Source: an uncultured Poribacteria bacterium (GTDB lineage Bacteria; Poribacteria; WGA-4E; WGA-3G). From it: a DNA stretch of 64,000 bases. Positions within the stretch are counted from its first letter, which is position 1. Each line of letters opens with the position of its first letter. Shown here piece by piece: positions 10,567 to 19,657 of the stretch. Location of the stretch: contig OX638351.1 of assembly GCA_951813565.1 (NCBI GenBank), forward strand, positions 800,001 through 864,000, in the 5' to 3' direction. The notes below the pieces were generated by a model that did not search any database, was not told where the DNA came from, and saw only the letters and a program-made list of their open reading frames with translations. A program made the position numbers and the translations under genes.

Positions 10567-10890
10567 ATGGCAGAAACAATTGAAACTTTAGCCAACAGGT
10601 TAGACCGGTTGGAAAAAACGTTAGAAAAAGTAACCCTGCAACTTTCTTATCTTGTTGATGAACTGGTGCCAAACGCTCCGGATCATTACAAAACAAACAC
10701 AGAGGTGCACACTTCTAACAAAGCAGACAAGAAAGAGGCTACCAAGATAATCAATGAACTCCTTGAAAAAATGGGAATTGCTGAAGTAGAACCAATTCCT
10801 GTTGAGGAGGTTCGCAAAAGTATGGCAAGCCGTATTCGCGCCGAGGATAACGAATTTAGCCGAGCAATTATTGAAGAACGTGAGAAATAA
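10567..10890 (+). CDS. Small protein, probable antitoxin partner of the downstream PIN protein
   Basis: Ends '...FSRAIIEEREK', typical of VapB-like partners; 2 nt from the PIN gene. Confidence 0.55.
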   Translation: MAETIETLANRLDRLEKTLEKVTLQLSYLVDELVPNAPDHYKTNTEVHTSNKADKKEATKIINELLEKMGIAEVEPIPVEEVRKSMASRIRAEDNEFSRAIIEEREK

Positions 10891-10892
10891 CC

Positions 10893-11390
10893 GTGTATCA
10901 TTTCTACTTTGATGCAAGCGCACTTGTCAAGCGGTATACCGAAGAGCTTGGCAGCGATAAAATTGATTACCTCTTTGTCAATGTTCCTTTAAACCGGTTA
11001 AGATGTTTGACTATTGGTGCTGCAGAAGTCTTTTGGATATGTGTTCGTAAGAAAAATGATGGACGTATCACACAGCATGAATTTACGCATGCACTCATAA
11101 ACTTAACTCGTGAGGTAACCTCGGAAGCGTCAGATTTTGACACAGCATCTGTTCCAGATTCACTTGTTTGGGCATCACTAAATTTGGTTGAAACTTACTC
11201 TCTGAACAGCGTTGATGCGATAGTGTTGCGTTCTGCCTTAGAAGTCGCTACAGAACTTCGTAGTACGGGTGACAAACTGATACTTGTAGCATCTGATCAA
11301 CGCTTATTGAGAGCTGCAAGAAATGAAGGACTATTAATTTTCAATCCAGAAATTGATCCGGAAGAAACATTAGACATTATAACCTTTTAA
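10893..11390 (+). CDS. PIN-domain (VapC-like) toxin
   Basis: 'YFDASALVKRY.EE.GS', 'LNSVDAI', 'VASDQRLLRAA'. Confidence 0.88.
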   Translation: MYHFYFDASALVKRYTEELGSDKIDYLFVNVPLNRLRCLTIGAAEVFWICVRKKNDGRITQHEFTHALINLTREVTSEASDFDTASVPDSLVWASLNLVETYSLNSVDAIVLRSALEVATELRSTGDKLILVASDQRLLRAARNEGLLIFNPEIDPEETLDIITF

Positions 11391-11460
11391 TTGTGAGTTA
11401 TTGGTCTGCGGAAAAATTTTATGTTTATCCGTTGGGCAGATGAGGCATCGCGCGCAACTT

Positions 11461-11643
11461 TCTGAATCGCGGATTTATCGGATGACGCAGATGGCACGGA
11501 TTATTGGATACTGGTAACAACAAGTCGTTTTCATAATGTCCGGTCAATAACAGAAGGCGTGCATGCGTCCGTTGAATGTGCGGATACCAAGTTCTTAGAA
11601 TCCGCGTCATCCGATAAATCTGCGATAATCCGCGATTCTGACA
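11461..11643. repeat. Inverted pair of 9-nt-periodic (..CGGATT / AATCCG..) repeat arms
   Basis: tctgaatcgcggatttatcggatgacgcagatggcacggatt versus aatccgcgtcatccgataaatctgcgataatccgcgattctgaca; a single related arm sits at 57870-57905. Confidence 0.7.
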
Positions 11644-11748
11644 ACACAACGCAGATTAAATCATTATAATGTCTATTAAAGACATGGCTTGATATACCGT
11701 AAAAATGCAAAACTAAATGTCATCAAGGATTTTTAAGAAACATCCGAT

Positions 11749-13284
11749 ATGAGCAATCTTCCTCCAAATAAAGACTATGTTTACAACGCTTTGTTACGCT
11801 ACAATTACCTTCCTATAGGCAAAAAACATCCAGACGATATACCGTTCAAGGCTTTTTCCACCGAAGATTTTACACCTGATATTGCAAATGAAATGCTTGA
11901 AAGATATATGAGAAAAAGGCAGGGCAAAGAAAAAGTTACAGGCTACGATCAAATTGAATATCATGCTACTCGATTTAACCTTGTAACTCGCCTTTTCCAT
12001 ATTCCACACCCGTCTCCTTACGCTCGCCTATGTAAACGCATATCAGAACACTGGGATAAACTATCACATATATGTGAAAATCCTAACAGTCGTGAGAAGC
12101 CAGGAAGACATAATAAAGAAAGATTGATAATGACAGAATATGAAAGCCTTGAACAGATTTCTCTAATGAACTACAACAAACTTGCAGACGCAAGACACAA
12201 ATTAAAAATTTCAACAGGGCAATTCTATCGAGTTAAAGCAGACATTGCGTCATTTTATCCTTCTATTTATACACATGCAATTCCGTGGATAGTGGATGGT
12301 CGTGATAAAGCAAAGGTAAATTCAGGTGTGGAACTATGGTACAACCAACTTGATGAAGCGCAAAGAGACATAAAAAGAGGGGAAACACAAGGAATACCTA
12401 TTGGTCCAGCGACATCACATATTATCTCTGAATTCATTTTATTCAAGATTGATAAAGTGTTAAGCGATACTGGTTACTTGTTTGTTCGGTATATTGATGA
12501 TTATGAATGTTATTGTGGAACTCGCGAAAAGGCAGAGGACTTCGTTCGGAAGTTGGAACAGGAATTACGAAAATGTCTCTTAAACCTCAACCCTAAGAAA
12601 GTGACGATTGAAGAATTACCCCTTGCATATGAAGACCAATGGGTCGTAACTTTGAGAAATAGTCTGCCATCAAAACAAAAGCCATCTCCTCAGGATATCA
12701 TGAGTTTTCTGGATTTAGCAGTTGATCTTCAAAAACATTATCCAGAGGGAAGTGTTTTAAAATATGCTACACGTACGCTTGCTAACTCAAAGGAATTTGA
12801 CGAAAATAGTGCTGACTTTTTTCTCAAGTACCTCATCGCCTTAGCAGTTCACAGACCCAGCGTTCTCCCGATTCTCTGTCAGGTATCAAAAAAAAATAAT
12901 GTAGGATCAGATTTAGAGATATTCTCAGTTTTGGAGCAATCTATCAAGTTTCAGCGCTCTGATGCAATTTGTTGGAGTTTATATTTTATGGGAATCAACG
13001 GTCAAGAAGTCAACAACGATCTTGCCAAAAAAATTATTGAGACAGGGGATTGCATGTCAATGGGGATGCTTATCGCGTTAAAACAGCATCAGGAAAAAGT
13101 TGTTAATTTTATTAATACTACGATCACACCTGATTCATACTATCGCTGTGATCAGTACTGGATTCTACTTCATGAATTAGTGTCAGACTGTCCACAATTT
13201 AAACGTTACCGAGGGGATTCTGGATTAAAATTTCTCATAGAAAATAAGGTGCATTTTATTAAACCAATAGATCCAAAGAGCTAA
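11749..13284 (+). CDS. Reverse transcriptase of the defence-associated class (resembles DRT4/UG15, Abi-like) with a helical C-terminal domain
   Basis: RT motifs 'KADIASFYPSIYTHAIPW', 'GIPIGPATS', catalytic 'RYIDDY', 'LNLNPKK'. The N-terminus 'ALLRYNYLP...FSTEDFTPDIA...GYDQIEYHATRFN...IPHP' recalls DRT4. Subtype is from memory, not from a search. Confidence 0.85.
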   Translation: MSNLPPNKDYVYNALLRYNYLPIGKKHPDDIPFKAFSTEDFTPDIANEMLERYMRKRQGKEKVTGYDQIEYHATRFNLVTRLFHIPHPSPYARLCKRISEHWDKLSHICENPNSREKPGRHNKERLIMTEYESLEQISLMNYNKLADARHKLKISTGQFYRVKADIASFYPSIYTHAIPWIVDGRDKAKVNSGVELWYNQLDEAQRDIKRGETQGIPIGPATSHIISEFILFKIDKVLSDTGYLFVRYIDDYECYCGTREKAEDFVRKLEQELRKCLLNLNPKKVTIEELPLAYEDQWVVTLRNSLPSKQKPSPQDIMSFLDLAVDLQKHYPEGSVLKYATRTLANSKEFDENSADFFLKYLIALAVHRPSVLPILCQVSKKNNVGSDLEIFSVLEQSIKFQRSDAICWSLYFMGINGQEVNNDLAKKIIETGDCMSMGMLIALKQHQEKVVNFINTTITPDSYYRCDQYWILLHELVSDCPQFKRYRGDSGLKFLIENKVHFIKPIDPKS

Positions 13285-13322
13285 GTTTTGAAATGAACTC
13301 CATAACCCCTGATATAGGGAAA

Positions 13323-13739
13323 ATGCAATCCCTAATAAAACTAATACTACCAACCACATTAATCCTCATATCCCTCACCATCGGATGTGGTCCTGACTCT
13401 GAGTTTAAGAGTCCATGCATTGGGTCTTGGATTTCGCGGTGTGCTGCCAATACCGAAATCATTGTAATTGGTCCCTACAGGACAGAGTGTCCAAGTTTTT
13501 CTGGAGAAGATTGCTATCTCAAATTCAATGAGGAAAGACAGCGGTGGGAGTTTTTCTATGAAAGCATAAAGGGGTTTGACTTTGAGCAAGGATTTATCTA
13601 TAGACTGAAAGTCAGTCTACATGAACGACCTGAGGGGATTCAAGATGTAGGAAAGTACGAATATCGTCTCATAGAGGTGTTAAGCAAAGTGGAGGCACCA
13701 ATAGATGAGAGACCGCCGCGGAAACCTTTGACAGAATAG
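13323..13739 (+). CDS. DUF4377-like lipoprotein
   Basis: Lipobox 'TIGC'; 'WEFFYESIKGFDFEQGFIYRLKV...YEYRLIEVLSK'. Confidence 0.75.
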   Translation: MQSLIKLILPTTLILISLTIGCGPDSEFKSPCIGSWISRCAANTEIIVIGPYRTECPSFSGEDCYLKFNEERQRWEFFYESIKGFDFEQGFIYRLKVSLHERPEGIQDVGKYEYRLIEVLSKVEAPIDERPPRKPLTE

Positions 13740-13760
13740 GTGTGTTTTGTAAACACACCT
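13738..13760. terminator. Hairpin between convergent genes
   Basis: aggtgtgttt-tgt-aaacacacct. Confidence 0.45.
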
Positions 13761-14580
13761 ACCTTCCATGAATTGCTCGTAAATCTAACCGGGCATCTAC
13801 ATCATCCGACACAGCATTTGTCCAGTCCACATCGTCCATGCTTTGCAGGCTCATCAGTGCAATATTGACCATTGGATTTGAAAGCGAATAGTTGAGCAAA
13901 AAACTATCTACATCAACTTCTGACATCTCATTAGGAAAGCAGTGTTTCATGAGATTTTGGAAGACGTTGCTTGTCGTGGAGCGCATCAACACAATCCCCA
14001 TCTCTTGTGCGACAGCATCGGGAATGACACCGCGCCTGCCAAATGTATCACAAGTACTCTGATACATCAGGTTGTAATGAATTTGCATCATGTCAAACTC
14101 ACCAGTGGCAATTAGTTGTTCCGTGCCGCCAGAAGGACCATCCGCAGAAAAACCGATAAACCGCACCTTACCCTCTTTCTTCAGTTTGAGGTATTTTTCC
14201 AAGCCGCCACCGTTCAGAATCTGTTCCGTTTCTTTGGCATAAAACCAACCCCCATGGAATTGGAGGACATCAATATAATCGGTGCGAAGACGTTGTAGAC
14301 TGCCTTCCAAATCAGCTGCGATACCATCCGGGTCATACGCCTCTGTTTTCGTTGCAACGATACAAGCATCACGACGATCCGCTATCGCTTTGCCGATAAC
14401 TGCTTCGCTGTAACCGCCTCCGTAAGTGGGAGCAGTGTCTATAAAGTTGAGTCCACAGTCTATGGCATAATGGATCATATTGACAAGCGACTTTTCATCA
14501 TGTTCTGGACGAACTCTACCGCCGCCGTAGCCTATTTCTGAAACACGGAGTCCGGTTTTACCGAGTGTGCGATACTGCAT
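13759..14580 (-). CDS. Aldo/keto reductase
   Basis: 'MQYRTLGKTGLRVSEIGYG', 'NFIDTAPTYG', 'SLQRLRTDYIDVLQFH', 'GKVRFIGFS'. Confidence 0.92.
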   Translation of the reverse strand: MQYRTLGKTGLRVSEIGYGGGRVRPEHDEKSLVNMIHYAIDCGLNFIDTAPTYGGGYSEAVIGKAIADRRDACIVATKTEAYDPDGIAADLEGSLQRLRTDYIDVLQFHGGWFYAKETEQILNGGGLEKYLKLKKEGKVRFIGFSADGPSGGTEQLIATGEFDMMQIHYNLMYQSTCDTFGRRGVIPDAVAQEMGIVLMRSTTSNVFQNLMKHCFPNEMSEVDVDSFLLNYSLSNPMVNIALMSLQSMDDVDWTNAVSDDVDARLDLRAIHGR

Positions 14581-14648
14581 AATAAGTGAATCTCCTCTTG
14601 CCTAATTGGGTAGAATGCATTACGGGTGGTCTCTGAACTGAACGTTTT

Positions 14649-17600
14649 TTAAACATAACCGTTTCGAGTAGAGCGGTTACCATTTTTAGGTTTCGTTCGG
14701 TTGCTCCGTTTGATACAATTCTCTCCAAATAGATTTTCGACCTGTTTAAAAACGGAATCGTTATCTGTAATTTTATAGTTAAGACCGCATCGGGCGATAA
14801 CTTCGCCGAAACGCGGACTCATCAGACGCAGAATCAGGTGCAAATCACCTTTGTTGGCAAGTGCAATCTCCTTGAGGGTTTTTAGTTTGTTAAGGTTGTC
14901 AAGATCGGATTCCCGGATTATCACTTCAACGGCAGATGTTTGTTGTGCAGGAACAGTCTCTAAATCGACAATTTCGTTTGCTTGTATTTGACGCTCTTCT
15001 ACTTCAGTTTCGTCATCAGAATTCCGATTTTTGCTACCGTTATGATTAATTCTGACTGTTCCCTCAATCCAAACTATCCTTCCTTCAAAGAGTTCACCTG
15101 CTTTTTTATATGCTTCTGGAAAAACAACGACCTCTATTGAACCCTCAAGGTCCTCAAACTCAAGTATTGCCATGGGGTCCCCCTTCCTGGTGGTACGATT
15201 TGTAACAACGGCAATCATTCCTGCTACAGAAACTGTGGACTCAATTGGGTGTCCGCCGAGGGTTTGTGTGCTTGCAGATGTGTAGTTTTCAATGATGTCT
15301 GTATATTCTTGGAGTGGATGTCCGGAGACATAAAATCCGAGTTGTTCTTTTTCCAGCTTAAGCCGTTCCAAAGGGTCATATTCCTCTGCCGCCGCAAGTG
15401 CTACAACTGTTGTCGGCATATCCTCTGTATCTCCAAAGAGGTTCATCTGTCCACGTTCGCGTACTGCTTGTGTGCTCTGCGCGGCTTTCATAATACTTTC
15501 CAAGTTAGCGAGGAGCTGCGCCCGATGTCCTTCAAGGTTATCAAACGCACCGCTCAAAATGAGGCCTTCAACAGCACGTTTATTGACTACTTTTGTATCT
15601 ACGCGTTCGCAGAAATCTTGCAGTGATGTGAATGAACCACGTTCCTTCCGGGCTTCTACGATTGCGTCTATAGCGTTATCGCCAACACCTTTTACAGCAA
15701 CAAGCCCGAAACATATATCGTTGTCATCCACTGCAAAATCCTTATTGCTGCTGTTGACATCTGGTGGAAGCACGTTGATTTCAATACTGAGGAAGTCAGC
15801 AAGTTTTGTACATTCTGCCCGGTAGCGAGTGATCTTGTCTGAGTCGCCTGCTTCTCCTGTCATCATTGCTGCCATGAATTCGTGCGGATAGTGCGTTTTC
15901 AGATATGCCATACGGTAAGCTAACATAGCATAGGCGACAGAGTGGGATTTGTTGAAGGCGTATCCACTGAACGGTTCAAGGAGGTCGTATATTTCTTCTG
16001 CATCTTTTTTAGAGATTTCATTTTTGAGGGCACCCTCAACGAACTTCTCTCGCTGCGCTTGGAGCAGCTCCGGGTTTTTCTTACCCATAGCGGAACGCAG
16101 CACATCTGCCTCTCCAAGCGTAAAACCTGCCATATCACGTGTGATCTGCATCACCTGCTCCTGATACACACACACACCGTAAGTCTTTTTGAGTGCGTTC
16201 TCAAGCAATGGGTGCATATATTCTACCTTTTCCAATCCATTTTTGCGATCAATAAACTGCTGCGTCATACCGCTTTTATTTGGACCTGGTCGATATAAAG
16301 CGGGAATTGCACAGAAATCCTCAAAGTTGTCCGCCTTGAGTTGCGTCACAACCCTATACATGCCGGGTGAAGTTTCAAGCTGAAACAAACCTGCAATCAA
16401 TCCTTTGCTGATTAGAGAATAGACTTGTTCATCGTCAAAGGGGATGTCCTCTAACTTTATATCCTTGCCATGATTCGCCTGAATCATTTGTAGGCAGTCA
16501 TGAATCTCCGTGAGACTGCGGACACCGAGGGAATCAAATTTGACAATACCGACATCTTCAACGATTTTGCCTTCAAACTGTGTTGCGACCTGGTCATTTT
16601 TATCCTTGAACAACGGCACGTAATTAGTCAAGGGACCATTTGAAATAACGATAGCGGAAGCATGACAGGAAACGTGCCGTTTCATACCTTCAACAGCTTT
16701 GCTGAGGTCCATCAATTCTTTGTTTTCTGGCTGTTCTGCAAGTGCTTGAAATTCGGGCACCTGTTCCAAGGCATCATCAAGTGAAATACCCGGGGTGCTG
16801 GGAATCAACTGCGTTAACTTCATGACATTTTCGAGAGGCACATCAAGTGTGCGTCCAACATCTTTGATAGCGGCTTTTGCTCCCATGGTTGCAAAGGTGG
16901 CAACCTTGCCGACAGAGTCTTGGCCATATTTATTAACGAGGTATTCAATAACGTGATCACGGGCGCGGTCTGCGAAGTCAATATCAATATCAGGCGGGCT
17001 AATCCGTTCAAGGTTCAAAAAACGCTCAAAGATACAGCCATACTCCATCGGATTGAAAGTAATTACATCGAGTGCATACAAGACAAGGCTACCGGCAGCG
17101 GAGCCACGAGCGGTGAGCGGATATCCTTGTTCGTTAGCGTATTTAACATAGTCCCATACAATCAGGAAATATCCTGGGTAACCGGTTTTATTTATAATGT
17201 CAAGTTCATGATTCAACCTTTGGAGAACATCCGAGGAGAGTTCACCGCCCAATTTTTCACGCAATCCTTGGTAGCAAAGTTCTTTTAGGTAACTCTCATT
17301 TGTATGTCCTTCGGGTACATCATACTTCGGCATCACGCTCTTGCCGTAATCAAGTTTAAGATTACACCGTTTTGCAATTTCAAGTGTGTTGCTGATGGCT
17401 TCAGGTGGGTAATTCTTAAGTACCTCCCGCATTTCGTTAACGTCCTTAAAATAGAAATGATTATCAAATCGCATCCTGTCTTGGTCGTTGACAGTTTTCT
17501 TTGTTTGGATACAGAGAAGCACATCGTGCATGTGGTGGTCGGATTTGCGGAGGTAATGGCAATCATTTGTACCAACGAGTGGAAGATCAAATTCTCTTGC

Positions 17601-18179
17601 TAAATCAACCATTATTGGGTACGCATCAAGCTCTTTGTCAATATAGTGGTTTTGCACCTCAACGTAGAGGTTACGGGGCCCCATTACATCAATCAAGGTT
17701 TTGAAGTTTTGGATGCCCTCCTCCCGCTTATCTGAAGTGAGAAGTTGAGGTACCTGCCCTTGGATACAGCCCGTTAGCGCGATAATTCCGTCATGATATT
17801 CCCGTAAGATTTCCATGTCAATCCGCGGTTTACTATAGAAACCTTCTGTGTAACCCCGAGATACTAATTCAAGAAGATTCCGATAACCAGTCGCATTTTC
17901 TACAAGGAGCGTTAGATGGTAGGGGCTGCCTTGGTCTTTTCCGCGTTTTGTTCGATCGCCTGGGGCAACATATACCTCACACCCAACAATAGGATTTACA
18001 CCAGCCTCTTGTGCTTTAGTGTAAAACTCCCATGCCCCGAACATATTACCGTGGTCAGTGAGCGCAACAGCGGGCGTACTATTCTCAACTGCCCACTGAA
18101 TCATATCCGAAATGCGGCATGCGCCGTCAAGCATGCTATATTCGCTGTGGTTGTGTAGATGGACAAATTCGGAAGACAT
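14649..18179 (-). CDS. dnaE: DNA polymerase III alpha subunit
   Basis: PHP 'FVHLHNHSEYSMLDGA', 'RGSAAGSLV', catalytic 'PPDIDIDF', 'YAFNKSHS', C-terminal OB fold; no intein seen. Confidence 0.98.
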   Translation of the reverse strand: MSSEFVHLHNHSEYSMLDGACRISDMIQWAVENSTPAVALTDHGNMFGAWEFYTKAQEAGVNPIVGCEVYVAPGDRTKRGKDQGSPYHLTLLVENATGYRNLLELVSRGYTEGFYSKPRIDMEILREYHDGIIALTGCIQGQVPQLLTSDKREEGIQNFKTLIDVMGPRNLYVEVQNHYIDKELDAYPIMVDLAREFDLPLVGTNDCHYLRKSDHHMHDVLLCIQTKKTVNDQDRMRFDNHFYFKDVNEMREVLKNYPPEAISNTLEIAKRCNLKLDYGKSVMPKYDVPEGHTNESYLKELCYQGLREKLGGELSSDVLQRLNHELDIINKTGYPGYFLIVWDYVKYANEQGYPLTARGSAAGSLVLYALDVITFNPMEYGCIFERFLNLERISPPDIDIDFADRARDHVIEYLVNKYGQDSVGKVATFATMGAKAAIKDVGRTLDVPLENVMKLTQLIPSTPGISLDDALEQVPEFQALAEQPENKELMDLSKAVEGMKRHVSCHASAIVISNGPLTNYVPLFKDKNDQVATQFEGKIVEDVGIVKFDSLGVRSLTEIHDCLQMIQANHGKDIKLEDIPFDDEQVYSLISKGLIAGLFQLETSPGMYRVVTQLKADNFEDFCAIPALYRPGPNKSGMTQQFIDRKNGLEKVEYMHPLLENALKKTYGVCVYQEQVMQITRDMAGFTLGEADVLRSAMGKKNPELLQAQREKFVEGALKNEISKKDAEEIYDLLEPFSGYAFNKSHSVAYAMLAYRMAYLKTHYPHEFMAAMMTGEAGDSDKITRYRAECTKLADFLSIEINVLPPDVNSSNKDFAVDDNDICFGLVAVKGVGDNAIDAIVEARKERGSFTSLQDFCERVDTKVVNKRAVEGLILSGAFDNLEGHRAQLLANLESIMKAAQSTQAVRERGQMNLFGDTEDMPTTVVALAAAEEYDPLERLKLEKEQLGFYVSGHPLQEYTDIIENYTSASTQTLGGHPIESTVSVAGMIAVVTNRTTRKGDPMAILEFEDLEGSIEVVVFPEAYKKAGELFEGRIVWIEGTVRINHNGSKNRNSDDETEVEERQIQANEIVDLETVPAQQTSAVEVIIRESDLDNLNKLKTLKEIALANKGDLHLILRLMSPRFGEVIARCGLNYKITDNDSVFKQVENLFGENCIKRSNRTKPKNGNRSTRNGYV

Positions 18180-18327
18180 GGGTTCTCCTGCTTTTATGTT
18201 TATGATGTATTTTACGATAAAAAGTCGGTTTAGATTTCAACTAATTTACAGACATAATTATAGCAGAAAAGGAGGGTAATTTACACAACAAAATTTCCAT
18301 CTTTTCGGATTGAAATACCGTTTAATA

Positions 18328-18356
18328 TTGACACACCTTCTACGTCTTGCTATAAT
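18328..18356 (+). promoter_or_regulatory. Consensus sigma70 promoter of the MFS gene
   Basis: TTGACA (18328-18333), 17 nt spacer, TGc-TATAAT (18351-18356). Confidence 0.75.
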
Positions 18357-18417
18357 GGTAAATACTGCCAACTTGTAGTTTTTCCAAGTGTGCAGAATCT
18401 GTTTTTTAAACCTACGA

Positions 18418-19650
18418 ATGCAAAAATCGAGACTTCTCCTCCTGTTCTTAACCCTGTTTTTTGTGATGCTTGGGTTTGGCATCATCATTCCAAACCTCGC
18501 TTATTACGCAGAAGATATTGGGGCAACTGCCACCGAAATTGCGTTATTACTTTCAATCTATTCCGGAATGCAATTGGTATTCGCGCCGATCTGGGGGCGG
18601 TTATCTGACAAACACGGCAGGAAACCAGCAATTCTGTTTGGATTGCTTGGAAATGCCGTTGCCTTAGTAGCGTTTGGACTGGCACAAGAGTATATATGGC
18701 TTTTCACTGCTCGGAGTGCAGCAGGCATCGCTTCAGCGGCGGTTTTACCAAGCGTGATGGCGTATGTGGCAGATGTCACTACATCGGAGGAACGCGGTAG
18801 AGGCATGGGATTGATGGGGGCAGCAATGGGACTCGGTTTCATTCTTGGACCAGCAATTGGCGGTGTGATGGGAAGGCACGATCTACCTTTTTTTGTCGCA
18901 GGCGGGTTGTCGCTATTAACTTTTCTTTTTGCGCTCATTCTTCTTCCCGAATCGCTTCAGAAAGACGTTGCGGAAGAACAGCACGAATGGATCTCACCAC
19001 GCGATCTATTCCGCCGCACAACACTGAAATCTCCGCTTACCCCTCTATTTCTTGTAGCGTTTTTTTCCACCTTCAGTTTCGCAGGGTTGGAAGCGACTTT
19101 TCCACTGTTCATCAAAGAGGGTTGGGGTTTTGGACAGAGAGAGATGGGATGGATGTTTATGGTCATGGGTGCGATTGTTGTGCCGTTACAGGGTGGGTTG
19201 CTCGGTAGGTTAATTAACTGGATAGGAGAACGCAGGATAATCTTGATCGGTCTTTTGCTTAATGCGCTCGGCATGGTGTTTTTGCTTTACGCGTTCAACT
19301 TTGTAACATTGACGATCTATCTCACTATTACAGGTATAGGCAATCAACTGATCCGTCCGACAAACACATCATGGATTTCTAAACAAACACGAATTGGGCA
19401 AGGTGCAGCTATCGGCATTATGGATGCGTTTTTGAGTTTAGGACGTATCTTGGGACCGCTTCTCGGCGGTTGGCTCTATGAAAAATCAGCACATCCAGAA
19501 TTTGCCAAAACGGGTTTTAGTGGTGTCTTCGGTGGTTGGCTATACGGAAATAATGCCTATTCTTATGCCGTTTTGGCAGGAATCTTGGTGATTGCTACAG
19601 TATGTCTATATGTTCCGTTGCGTCAAGTTGAACGTAATACACAAGTTTGA
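18418..19650 (+). CDS. MFS transporter, TetA/DHA1-like
   Basis: Motif A 'GRLSDKHGRKP', 'AYVADVT..EERGRGMG', motif C 'GFILGPAIGG'; about 12 hydrophobic segments. Confidence 0.9.
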   Translation: MQKSRLLLLFLTLFFVMLGFGIIIPNLAYYAEDIGATATEIALLLSIYSGMQLVFAPIWGRLSDKHGRKPAILFGLLGNAVALVAFGLAQEYIWLFTARSAAGIASAAVLPSVMAYVADVTTSEERGRGMGLMGAAMGLGFILGPAIGGVMGRHDLPFFVAGGLSLLTFLFALILLPESLQKDVAEEQHEWISPRDLFRRTTLKSPLTPLFLVAFFSTFSFAGLEATFPLFIKEGWGFGQREMGWMFMVMGAIVVPLQGGLLGRLINWIGERRIILIGLLLNALGMVFLLYAFNFVTLTIYLTITGIGNQLIRPTNTSWISKQTRIGQGAAIGIMDAFLSLGRILGPLLGGWLYEKSAHPEFAKTGFSGVFGGWLYGNNAYSYAVLAGILVIATVCLYVPLRQVERNTQV

Positions 19651-19657
19651 GAGTTTC

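Noticed and set aside
11425..13284. Retron (msr-msd plus RT), group II intron or DGR
   Set aside because: The RT lacks retron VTG/NAxxH motifs and a maturase domain, no TR/VR pair with A-specific mismatches was seen, and the upstream repeat also occurs at 57870.
14649..18179. Intein or split in dnaE
   Set aside because: Length and motif order are normal and continuous.
19460..19550. Duplicated 'GGWLY' in the MFS C-terminus, and the AETRA repeat in Uma2 (56846-56880)
   Set aside because: Small in-frame duplications with no sign of wider significance.
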